Positions 8,429 through 16,371 are shown, counted from the stretch's first letter. The stretch: 64,000 nt of DNA from Verrucomicrobiia bacterium (GCA_036490655.1 DASXDM010000013.1:67582-131581); one strand, 5' to 3'. The notes: a model not told the origin generated them from the letters alone. Numbers and translations: made by a program.

Positions 8429-9540
8429 CAAATTTTCACTTTGAATTGTTCGCCGGTTTTGAGCGATTGGGCGAAGGCGGCGAGCAGTTCGGGGATTTTT
8501 TCCAAATCTTTCAAGCTCACGACTTCCACGGGCGAGTGCATATAGCGGTTGGGCAGGCTGATGAGCGCGCTGGCAATGCCGCCGCGCGTCCAGAAAATCA
8601 CATCGGTGTCCGTGCCGCTGTTCGAGGACATGGCCTGGCGCTGAAGAGGGATTTTTTTCGTTTTGGCCACGGTTTCGATGCGCGCGACGACGTCGGGATG
8701 GTTGGGGCCGCCGTGCGTGATCGCCGGGCCGCCGCCGATGGTCACATCGCCGTGCTGGGTTTTCGAGACGGTGGGATAATCGGTCGCATGGGTGACGTCA
8801 ACGACGAGGGCCACCGCGGGGTTGAGCGAGTAGGCGATCTGGCGCGCACCGAGCAGGCCGACCTCTTCCTGCACATTGGAAACGGCGCATACTTCAGCGT
8901 GCAGTTTGGTCTTCGATTCTTTCAACAGGCGCAGGGCTTCAGCCACGGCGAACGTGCCGACGCGATTGTCAAAGGCGCGCGCGACGGCCAAATCGTTTCG
9001 CAACAGATCAAATTCATCGGCGAGAGTGATCGGGTCGCCAATCTGCACGAGTTTTTCCGCGTCCCGACGGTTGCGCGCGCCGATATCGATGAACAGGTCG
9101 TGAATCTTCGGCGGGCGGGGATCTTTTTCGTCCCGCATCAAATGCGGCGCGACGTTGCCGACCACGCCCTTGACCGAGCCGTGGCGGGAATGAATGACGA
9201 TCCGTTGCGCCTTGGTGATGGCCGCGTCAATGCCGCCCATTTTGCGCACGTAAATAAAACCGTCCTCGTTGATGTAACTGACCACCATCGCGATTTCGTC
9301 GGCGTGGGCGGCGAGCATCAGCCGGGGCGAACCGCCTTTGTTCAAGACGGCGACGCAGTTGCCATAGGCATCGGAAAAAGTTTCATCGGCGAATTGGCCG
9401 GCGTAATCGAGCCAGACGCGCTGGCCACGGACTTCATGGCCGGTCGGACTGGGGGTGTTGACCAGGGTCCGAAGAAAATCGAGAGATTGTTCACGCATAA
9501 ACGAGACGTTACACATTGGGCGTGAAACTGTCGAGAACAT
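8428..9540 (-). CDS. M42 family metallopeptidase (FrvX / cellulase-M-like aminopeptidase)
   Basis: 370 aa. Motifs AHADEIAMVV, QEEVGLLGA, GGPNH. An alternative start at 9498 (MREQSLDFL) is possible. Confidence 0.85.
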   Translation of the reverse strand: MFSTVSRPMCNVSFMREQSLDFLRTLVNTPSPTGHEVRGQRVWLDYAGQFADETFSDAYGNCVAVLNKGGSPRLMLAAHADEIAMVVSYINEDGFIYVRKMGGIDAAITKAQRIVIHSRHGSVKGVVGNVAPHLMRDEKDPRPPKIHDLFIDIGARNRRDAEKLVQIGDPITLADEFDLLRNDLAVARAFDNRVGTFAVAEALRLLKESKTKLHAEVCAVSNVQEEVGLLGARQIAYSLNPAVALVVDVTHATDYPTVSKTQHGDVTIGGGPAITHGGPNHPDVVARIETVAKTKKIPLQRQAMSSNSGTDTDVIFWTRGGIASALISLPNRYMHSPVEVVSLKDLEKIPELLAAFAQSLKTGEQFKVKI

Positions 9541-9570
9541 GGGGTAGAGGGCATTGGTGCAGTTTGAGGT

Positions 9571-10281
9571 TTAAGCGGGTTCCAGCAAAGAAAGAACAAC
9601 ATCTAGCATTTCTCTATCCGGGTTTATCAAATTAATGTCAATCGCGAACAATGCTCCGGTAACGCTTCGTATTACATTCCCTTCATGGACATCGGAAACG
9701 AGCAAATTATCATTATCCCTATACCAAGCAATCGCACCATTGGATTCAAGGCGACGAAATCCAAGCCCACGAAGCCAAAGGCAGATTTCTCCATATTCAG
9801 CATCCTCTCCAACAATGTGAGGTTGTGATGTTAAGACTCGAAGTTTCTGACCACAATTTACTAACGCCACAAGCTGAATGTCGTCTCCAAAATATTTGTT
9901 TTGGAGGACAAGGCGGTTCAAATATTCACCAGCAGTTGCCGAACCAGAATGGCCCCATGCAACACCAAACCGATTCGCATATGTAGCCTTATACCAACGG
10001 TTGCTTGCTTCATCAAACCAGCCCTCATGTTCGTCGCCATGTCCCGTTGGTTTCTGCTTTAAAAATGGAAACTCTGACTCCTCGCGTATTAGGCTGAACG
10101 CTTCTCCCCAACACATGAGGGCGTGAAACGATGCGGAGAACGTCTTGCCGCCGCCATGATTTTGTCCGTCTGCCGCTGTGCTTGTTGCAACGTAACGCGC
10201 GGCTGATTCAATCGCTGATTCCGCAATTGGTTCATTACCGCTTGAAGTGAGGCTTTGTTCGTCCCGCTGTTCATGTTCCAT
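9571..10281 (-). CDS. orphan protein with atypical kinase-fold-like motifs (resembles the kinase-like domain of polyvalent phage/conjugative-element proteins)
   Basis: 236 aa in an AT-richer region. VSDVHEGNVI (D-x-H-x-x-N catalytic-loop-like), FAIDINLI (metal-Asp-like), EYLNRLVLQNKYFGDDIQLV. The assignment is by eye only. Confidence 0.5.
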   Translation of the reverse strand: MEHEQRDEQSLTSSGNEPIAESAIESAARYVATSTAADGQNHGGGKTFSASFHALMCWGEAFSLIREESEFPFLKQKPTGHGDEHEGWFDEASNRWYKATYANRFGVAWGHSGSATAGEYLNRLVLQNKYFGDDIQLVALVNCGQKLRVLTSQPHIVGEDAEYGEICLWLRGLGFRRLESNGAIAWYRDNDNLLVSDVHEGNVIRSVTGALFAIDINLINPDREMLDVVLSLLEPA

Positions 10282-10357
10282 ATAAACATATCCACTTTAA
10301 GAAAGTTTCCAAATAAATACTAATTAATCTGTTAATGAAGCAACATCACTATTTCTT

Positions 10358-11133
10358 CTAATCCCCAACGTTCTTACTAATACCAGTCGCCATGGCTGGC
10401 GCCACGCGCAATGTCTGATGGATTCTGGCGAAATTGTAATGCATATAGTGCAAGGCAATCGCTGCTTCATGGTTCCCAATCTTCTTTGAAAAAGCGTTGG
10501 TCAACCGCGTGAACCGGCGCATTTGCATTCTCATTGTCATGTTTTGCCGTTCCGTGTGGCTGGTCGAAATGTGCGCTCGTTCCGGCTTTCCAGAAATGAC
10601 CGCCTTACGCGCTCCCATGCATTGAGCAGGACTGTAATGCGCCTCACCAACCCGTTCCGCGCCATAAATCTTTTGGAGCATGGCATAATCAATCTCAGCA
10701 CCGAAGCATCTTCAGCGGCTGTCAGATAGGTCTTATGACCGTCCATTGTCAGTTGAACGCGATGCGCTAACCGTCCAGCCAAATCATGCATGAAGTGATT
10801 CACCGCGCCAGCATCACGCCTGCTTACGAACCAGCACGGAACAAGCTTTGTGTCAGGGGCGAGTGCGACCCATGTCCATACGCTGCTTGCCCTTCAATTC
10901 TTCTGGAATGTTTTTGTCTTTTGCATAACAGAAACTCCAAATTTCATCGCATTGAATCCGCTGGCATTTGAGATTGCGGAAAATCTTTCCTGATATGCGG
11001 AACAGGCCGCGCCAAGTTCTACCAAAAGCTTTTGAATCGCGCCGTGATGCGTTCCGGTCATGCGCGTAGTGGCGCGAAGGCTATTGCCTTCAACCAAACA
11101 GGACACCGCCCGAATCTTTTCTTCGACGCTCAA
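10358..11133 (-). pseudogene. IS1-family-like transposase, inactivated by at least 3 frameshifts
   Basis: The reading frame is spread over three ORFs plus unlisted frames. The HTH N-terminus is at 11133-10894. LKCQRIQCDEIWSFCYAKDKNIPEE and SVWTWVALAPDTKLVPCW are readable only after frame changes. C-terminus: RRFTRLTNAFSKK...HYMHYNFARIHQTLRVAPAMA. Confidence 0.8.
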
Positions 11134-11192
11134 TTTATTTATGCCGCATTATGCTTGAGCTGTCAAGCATAGTTAACAACAAAATTTCTTGT

Positions 11193-12230
11193 ATGAAAAA
11201 ACCACAGCGTTATCGTTTGGAATTTGATGATTGGCTACCCAAACGGCCTCAAAAAATAAAAAGGGAAAGGATACTTGTGACTGTCTGTATAGCTGCAATA
11301 AGTAAAAACATTGTGCCAACTGATCCGGGGTTAATGGTTATCGGTGCAACCGACCGAATGTTAACGGGAGGTGATATAGAATTTGAGCCTAAATTGGCCA
11401 ATAAAATCGTTCATTTTTCAACTGCAATTTCTGGCATGTTTGCTGGAGACTTTGGCCTCCAAACCGAAATCATCCGCAGCGTTCTTCCAATCGTTCAAGA
11501 TCGAATTAAAGCCGAGCCGCTAACTTGGTGGAAGGTCGAAGATGTGGCAAAACTTTATTCGGTTTTCTTAAAAAAAGTTCATTTACAACGTTCGGAAAAC
11601 GCAATTTTAGCTCCCTACGGATTGGATATAAATACTTTTATTTCTAAACAGAAAGACATGCACTGGGAATTAGTTAAACAGTTAGCATCCAAACTGGCGC
11701 AGTTTGAAGCTCCCTCAGTGCAAGCGATTTTTTGCGGACACGATTTAACCGGCGCACACATCTACGTAGTGGACAATTCCGCAAACGTTATCTGCCACGA
11801 CGTTGTTGGATTTGCGGCTATCGGCGCAGGATACTGGCATGCCGATTCTCAGTTCATGTTTGCGGAACACAATCCATTCAAAAGCTTCGCAGAAACGTTA
11901 TTGTTAACTTATTCGGCAAAAAAACATGCTGAGGTCGCACCTGGTGTTGGAGAAGATACTGATATGTTTCTAATCGGCCCCGTGCTAGGAAGTTGTGTTC
12001 CCAATGTAGGTGAACACGTTTTGGAAAAATTAGAGAAGACTTATCAAACAAATCAAAAAAGGAAGCTTCAAATTGATTTAAGGTCTCAAGCTGAATTAGG
12101 AAAATACATTGGAGAAACTATTAAAAAATCTGCCGCACCCAACCAACAAGAGCCTACTTCGCCTTCTTCGACCAACGAGCCACCGCCGCCAGACGAGCAA
12201 TCTCCGCCTTCCGACGAGAAGAGAGATTAG
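11193..12230 (+). CDS. orphan proteasome-beta/HslV-like Ntn-hydrolase-fold protein with a Pro-rich tail
   Basis: Reads RILV|TVCIAAISKN...GATDRMLTGG...NKIVHF...FAGDFG...GFAAIGAGYW...EDTDMFLIG, which follows the T1 / D17 / K33 / AIGSG pattern of proteasome-type hydrolases. The ORF-track start at 11151 lies inside a perfect hairpin, so M15 (11193) is preferred. Confidence 0.5.
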   Translation: MKKPQRYRLEFDDWLPKRPQKIKRERILVTVCIAAISKNIVPTDPGLMVIGATDRMLTGGDIEFEPKLANKIVHFSTAISGMFAGDFGLQTEIIRSVLPIVQDRIKAEPLTWWKVEDVAKLYSVFLKKVHLQRSENAILAPYGLDINTFISKQKDMHWELVKQLASKLAQFEAPSVQAIFCGHDLTGAHIYVVDNSANVICHDVVGFAAIGAGYWHADSQFMFAEHNPFKSFAETLLLTYSAKKHAEVAPGVGEDTDMFLIGPVLGSCVPNVGEHVLEKLEKTYQTNQKRKLQIDLRSQAELGKYIGETIKKSAAPNQQEPTSPSSTNEPPPPDEQSPPSDEKRD

Positions 12231-12390
12231 CCGCCCTTGCTATGCCACCTTTCAATCCACCAAGCCTGCCGAGTGCGACGGCGGCTGGATTCTTAACTGG
12301 TGCAGGGTTGATGACTGGCAATTGTCCCGTCGATTGAGTGACGACGTTGAACGCCGCTTGGTTTAAATCTGTGCTTGACCGTTTAGGCAT
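12154..12390 (-). CDS. small basic protein with a GRLGGLKGG..ARA..LS..RR.EIA..AA.ARW motif (putative DNA-binding, unknown function)
   Basis: 78 aa. This motif recurs in many small bacterial proteins. Its 3' end overlaps the 3' end of the previous gene antisense by 77 nt. Confidence 0.45.
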   Translation of the reverse strand: MPKRSSTDLNQAAFNVVTQSTGQLPVINPAPVKNPAAVALGRLGGLKGGIARAANLSSRRKAEIARLAAVARWSKKAK

Positions 12391-12456
12391 AGGTCGACTT
12401 TGACCATGCCAGCCAAAGTTTCAAGTCCAAAGTGAGATTTCATGATTCAAACTGTA

Positions 12457-12480
12457 CCACTACCGGCTAGAGGGTAGTGG
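12457..12480 (-). terminator. perfect 8-bp hairpin CCACTACC-N8-GGTAGTGG directly after the stop of the 63-aa gene
   Basis: Read from the sequence. The downstream U-tract is weak. Confidence 0.3.
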
Positions 12481-12481
12481 G

Positions 12482-12673
12482 CTACTTTGAATTAAACTTG
12501 GCGACGACCAAAGCTATGACAATCAAAACACCAAGCCCAATGCCACAATATAAAAAGAATCGTGGATATTTTCGCAAGAATCTCTGTGCAAATTCCTCAG
12601 CCTTGGAATCTGAGCCGCTCGCCCCATCGTCATCCGATGGACGCTTCATGTAATCTCTGTCACGCATGCCCAT
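12482..12673 (-). CDS. small single-pass membrane protein, unknown function
   Basis: 63 aa. Acidic N-terminus, then the TM helix FFLYCGIGLGVLIVIALVVA. Confidence 0.45.
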   Translation of the reverse strand: MGMRDRDYMKRPSDDDGASGSDSKAEEFAQRFLRKYPRFFLYCGIGLGVLIVIALVVAKFNSK

Positions 12674-12707
12674 AATGGCTCAAACCTGCTCTTCGTCCGC
12701 CGCAAAA

Positions 12708-12890
12708 TCAAGCCAGCAAATTCACAATTTCTTCCAGACTCCAAACATGGTCTGAAATTCTGGCTTCCATCGCTGGCGTCACGCGCAAAGTCTAGTGAAT
12801 CCGGCAAAAGTTATAGTTCATCGTGTAAATATCCCAGGCAGATTGGTGCAGGGTTGAGAGAAGGATCTTGAAGGAAAATATCGACAAAGC
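12708..12890 (-). pseudogene. 5'-truncated relic of a second IS1-family-like transposase (C-terminal ~60 codons, in-frame TAG)
   Basis: Minus-strand translation is ...FSFKILLSTLHQSAWDIYTMNYNFCRIH*TLRVTPAMEARISDHVWSLEEIVNLLA*. It is homologous to the C-terminus of the 10358-11133 relic. Not in the ORF track. Confidence 0.7.
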
Positions 12891-12948
12891 AGGAAAACTC
12901 GGATAAGGTATGGGCGAGGTTAAAGACAAAAATCAAAATATAAATAAT

Positions 12949-13026
12949 ATGCAATGGACCAAGCCAGAGTTTGAAGAGATTAGCCTTAACATGGAAGTCA
13001 CTGCTTACGTGAACGTCGGCTCGTAA
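12949..13026 (+). CDS. pqqA: PQQ precursor peptide PqqA
   Basis: 25 codons: MQWTKPEFEEISLNMEVTAYVNVGS. Contains the conserved E-x-x-x-Y (EVTAY) cross-link pair and the W-x-K-P start. Immediately upstream of pqqCDEB. Too short for the ORF track. Confidence 0.85.
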   Translation: MQWTKPEFEEISLNMEVTAYVNVGS

Positions 13027-13062
13027 CCGAGGTTGCGGCAATGACCGGTTGGATGGTTTTTT

Positions 13063-13094
13063 AGGAGGATTTGCGCCTCCTCAATTTTTTATTT
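13063..13094 (+). terminator. hairpin AGGAGG-ATTTGCG-CCTCCT followed by CAATTTTTTATTT; candidate attenuator/terminator after pqqA
   Basis: 6-bp stem plus a T6 tract read from the sequence. It lies between pqqA and pqqC. Confidence 0.45.
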
Positions 13095-13170
13095 CCCGGG
13101 TGAGGCACCTTCAATTGTTTCACGAAAGATTCCCCATGAAGTCAGGCCAGGATTCGAATGCGAGTGAGAT

Positions 13171-13887
13171 ATGAAGCCAACGGCACCCCCTCTTTCGCCT
13201 GATGAATTTGTAACGCTTCTTCGCGGGGTGGGAAATCAGTCGTATCACGACAAGCATCCTTTTCATGTCTTGATGAATGAGGGCCGGCTGAATCGCGAGC
13301 AAATCCGGGGATGGGTGGCAAACCGTTTTTATTACCAGACACAAATTCCGATCAAGGATGCGGCGATCCTGTCGAATTGTCCGGAACGCGACATGCGGCG
13401 GATCTGGATCCAGCGCATTTTGGATCATGACGGCACCAAGGGAGAGGTTGGGGGGATCGAAAAATGGCTGCAATTGGCCGACGCGGTCGGTTTGGAACGC
13501 CATGAATTGCTGACATATTCCCGATTGCTGCCGGGGGTGCGCTATGCCGTGGATGCTTACGTAAATTTTTGCCGGACGCAGCCGTGGCTGGTCGCGATGG
13601 CCTCATCGCTCACCGAATTATTCGCGCCGACTTTGATGAACGAACGCATCCTGGCGTTCGAACGCCATTATCCGTGGGTGAAAAAGGAGGGACTGCTCTA
13701 TTTTCGGGGCCGGTTGAGCCTGGCGCCGCGGGACGCCGAACACGTCTTGCAGTTGGTGATCGAGCGCTGTGGCACGCGCGAAGAACAGGAGCAGATCGTC
13801 TCGGCATTAAAATTTAAATGTGAACTGTTGTGGGCCATATTGGACGCGATGTATCTGGCTTATGTCATACCCGGGACGGCCCAATGA
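13171..13887 (+). CDS. pqqC: pyrroloquinoline-quinone synthase PqqC
   Basis: 238 aa. [33 protein letters not shown] is typical of PqqC. Confidence 0.95.
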   Translation: MKPTAPPLSPDEFVTLLRGVGNQSYHDKHPFHVLMNEGRLNREQIRGWVANRFYYQTQIPIKDAAILSNCPERDMRRIWIQRILDHDGTKGEVGGIEKWLQLADAVGLERHELLTYSRLLPGVRYAVDAYVNFCRTQPWLVAMASSLTELFAPTLMNERILAFERHYPWVKKEGLLYFRGRLSLAPRDAEHVLQLVIERCGTREEQEQIVSALKFKCELLWAILDAMYLAYVIPGTAQ

Positions 13888-14168
13888 GTGAGGGCACGAT
13901 TCCCGCCGCCGAGAAGCCGCGCCTGGCGCCCAAGGCCCGGTTGAAATGGGATGCGGTGCGGGAAAAACATCTGCTGCTTTTTCCCGAGGGAGTGTTGGTG
14001 CTGAACCCGACGGCCCATGCCGTGCTGGCGCTCTGCGACGGCCAGCGCAACATAACGGAGATCGCAAAGTTGCTACAGGAGCAATATCAGGCCGATAATC
14101 TCGAAACGGATGTGAAAGAAATCTTACTGCGGCTGAAGGAGAAACGATTAGTGGTGCTTGAGCCATGA
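13884..14168 (+). CDS. pqqD: PQQ biosynthesis peptide chaperone PqqD
   Basis: Start chosen at the ATGA overlap with the pqqC stop ([23 protein letters not shown]...). [23 protein letters not shown] is PqqD-like. Confidence 0.9.
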   Translation: MSEGTIPAAEKPRLAPKARLKWDAVREKHLLLFPEGVLVLNPTAHAVLALCDGQRNITEIAKLLQEQYQADNLETDVKEILLRLKEKRLVVLEP

Positions 14169-15283
14169 AAGCAAAGCACCCGTTTTCCCTGTTGTGCGAA
14201 CTGACTTATCGTTGTCCATTACAATGTCCCTATTGCAGCAACCCGCTGGATTTTGCGCGCTACCGGGAGGAACTCACCACGGATGAATGGAAGCGGGTCC
14301 ATGACGAAGCGGCGGCGCTGGGGGTGGTGCAGGTCCATTACTCGGGTGGCGAACCACTGGTGCGGACCGATATCGGGGCCATCATCCAACATGCGCACAA
14401 ACTGGGACTCTATACCAATCTGAGCACCGGCGGCACGTTGTTGAATGAGAAATTGGCCGGGCAATTGCGCGAGGCCGGCCTGGATAATTTGCAGATCAGC
14501 ATCCAGGACGCGGACGCGGAAAACTCAGACCGCATGGCCGGGGGAGCGCCGTCTTTTGAAAAAAAGATACGCGCAGCCCGACTGGTGAAGGAGCGGGGAT
14601 TTCCGTTGACGCTAAATGTGGTGTTGCACCGCCAGAACATCGGGCGCATTGAAAGCATCGTGGCCTTGGCGGAAGAACTGGGGGCGGAACGATTGGAACT
14701 GGCGAACACGCAATTCAACGGGTGGGCCCTCAAAAATCGCGCCACGTTATTGCCGTTGCGGACACAGGTCGAGTGGGCGGCAGAGATCGTCGGCGCAGCG
14801 CAACGGCGGCTCAAAGGCCGCATGGAAATCCTTTATGTGTTGCCCGATTATTTTGAGCAATATCCCAAGCCCTGCCTCCACGGGTGGGGGAATGTTTTTA
14901 TGACCGTTGCGGCGGACGGGCTGGTGCTGCCCTGTCAAACGGCCCGCGAAATCCGCGGAATGACATTTCCGAATTGCCGGGACCATTCCCTGTCGGAAAT
15001 CTGGTTTGAATCGGAAGCGTTTTGCAAGTTTCGCGGCACGGATTGGCTTCCTGAGCCGTGCCAGAGTTGTTCGCGCAAAGAAAAGGATTTTGGCGGCTGC
15101 CGGTGCCAGGCCTTTTTATTGACCGGCAAGGCGGAGGTCACTGATCCAGTGTGTTCCTTATCGCCACAACACCACCTGGTGAGCGAGGCGCTGGCCGAAG
15201 CGGGTTCAGCGCCTGCGGGTGAATTGATCTATCGGAGCCACGGCGAATCATTGGAGAAATTTTGTTCGGAAGACAGTCCGTAG
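14165..15283 (+). CDS. pqqE: radical SAM/SPASM enzyme PqqE
   Basis: 372 aa. CPLQCPYCSN CxxxCxxC motif and a C-terminal Cys-rich SPASM region. ATGA overlap with pqqD. Confidence 0.95.
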   Translation: MKAKHPFSLLCELTYRCPLQCPYCSNPLDFARYREELTTDEWKRVHDEAAALGVVQVHYSGGEPLVRTDIGAIIQHAHKLGLYTNLSTGGTLLNEKLAGQLREAGLDNLQISIQDADAENSDRMAGGAPSFEKKIRAARLVKERGFPLTLNVVLHRQNIGRIESIVALAEELGAERLELANTQFNGWALKNRATLLPLRTQVEWAAEIVGAAQRRLKGRMEILYVLPDYFEQYPKPCLHGWGNVFMTVAADGLVLPCQTAREIRGMTFPNCRDHSLSEIWFESEAFCKFRGTDWLPEPCQSCSRKEKDFGGCRCQAFLLTGKAEVTDPVCSLSPQHHLVSEALAEAGSAPAGELIYRSHGESLEKFCSEDSP

Positions 15284-15310
15284 GCGGTCAATGGCCAACT
15301 ATTTCAAGGC

Positions 15311-16189
15311 ATGAAAATACGCATTCTCGGTTCGGCGGCAGGCGGAGGGGTTCCCCAATGGAACTGCCAGTGTCCAAATTGCCGCGCTGCCCGAAAATCC
15401 AAAGCGTTTCGCACCCAATCCTCCGCGGCAGTTTCCGATAATGGAAAAGACTGGGTGTTGCTCAACGCCTCGCCCGATCTGCCGGTTCAATTCGCCTCGT
15501 TTCCTCCACTGTCAGCCTGTGGCGGGCAATTGCGCGGGAGCGCCATGGCGGCGGTGGTGCTCACCGATGGGGAGATGGACCACGTTGCCGGCTTGCTCTC
15601 GCTCCGCGAACAAAAATCACTGCGCGTGATTTGCACTCGCGCCGTCAAGCGGTTGCTGACGGCGGATTTTCCATTGTTGCCCTGCCTGGAAAGCTATTGC
15701 CGGATCCGTCATTCGAGTTTTCCCGTTCAAATCGCAGGAATCCGGATTTCTGCGCTGGAGCTAAAGACTGAAAAGTCCCCGCGCTATTCCCCTGGCCGCG
15801 CCCGATCCGGTGAAGTCGCCGGACTACGCCTTGAAAGTGTCCGCACAGGACGCACCTGTATCTATCTTCCCGGACTGCCGGCCATCACAAAAAAATTGAA
15901 CGACTGGTTGGCGGGATGCGATTGCCTGATTGTCGACGGCACATTTTGGTCCGAGCGGGAAATGATCGTGTGCGGTCTTTCCAAACGCACGGCGCGCGAC
16001 ATGGGACATGTTCCCATCCACGGCGCAGGCGGCAGCCTGGAATGGTTGCGGATCGTGAAGGTTCCCCGGAAAATTTATACCCATATCAATAATTCAAACC
16101 CAATCTTACGGAAGGGGCAGCCCGAACGACGGGCGATCGAAAAGGCTGGAATCGAGATCTCTGACGATGGGATGGAGATCTGTTTATGA
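15311..16189 (+). CDS. pqqB: PQQ biosynthesis protein PqqB (metallo-beta-lactamase fold)
   Basis: 292 aa. N-terminus MKIRILGSAAGGGVPQWNCQCPNCRAAR is typical of PqqB. Confidence 0.9.
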   Translation: MKIRILGSAAGGGVPQWNCQCPNCRAARKSKAFRTQSSAAVSDNGKDWVLLNASPDLPVQFASFPPLSACGGQLRGSAMAAVVLTDGEMDHVAGLLSLREQKSLRVICTRAVKRLLTADFPLLPCLESYCRIRHSSFPVQIAGIRISALELKTEKSPRYSPGRARSGEVAGLRLESVRTGRTCIYLPGLPAITKKLNDWLAGCDCLIVDGTFWSEREMIVCGLSKRTARDMGHVPIHGAGGSLEWLRIVKVPRKIYTHINNSNPILRKGQPERRAIEKAGIEISDDGMEICL

Positions 16190-16274
16190 TTGAATCGACG
16201 ATCATTCCAGACGACGGGGCCGGTGAAATTGTACGGGGTAAATCCGGTTGAGGCCGTTGGGTAGTCTAAAATAT

Positions 16275-16319
16275 TTTGGCGGATTTCGCATGGCTCATTC
16301 ACGTAAAATCCGACAAAAT
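16275..16319 (+). promoter_or_regulatory. candidate regulated promoter of the MFS-GH78 operon: TTTGGCGGATTTC-GC-ATGGCT-N17-ACAAAAT
   Basis: The 13-mer TTTGGCGGATTTC is identical to 39473-39485, with near copies at 29942 and 60166. AAATCCG occurs 4 times in 16240-16358, including an inverted pair. Confidence 0.4.
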
Positions 16320-16371
16320 TGAATGAACCTGATGAATCCAAGCCCAGCCAAAATCCGGCCAGCCCTTCCGG

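Noticed and set aside
8446-9525. 359-aa plus-strand ORF antisense to the M42 peptidase
   Set aside because: It is almost exactly co-extensive with the real gene on the opposite strand. Gly/Arg/Asp/His-rich composition and no recognisable domain.
11151-11192. ORF-track start codon of the Ntn-like gene at 11151
   Set aside because: The ATG is the first base of a perfect palindrome ATGCTTGA-GCTG-TCAAGCAT (11151-11170), directly adjacent to the transposase relic start. That palindrome is more likely an IS-end or terminator structure. The M15 start at 11193 (MKKPQRYRL) is preferred, although this remains uncertain.
12811-13041. 76-aa minus-strand ORF
   Set aside because: It overlaps pqqA antisense and mixes frames of the transposase relic. 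The region is better explained by the pqqA plus-strand peptide and the IS C-terminal relic.
13148-13170. GGATTCGAATGCG string resembling a tRNA T-arm
   Set aside because: No acceptor, D or anticodon stems can be built around it. It lies in the pqqC 5' leader. I found no convincing tRNA, rRNA or CRISPR repeat array anywhere in the window.
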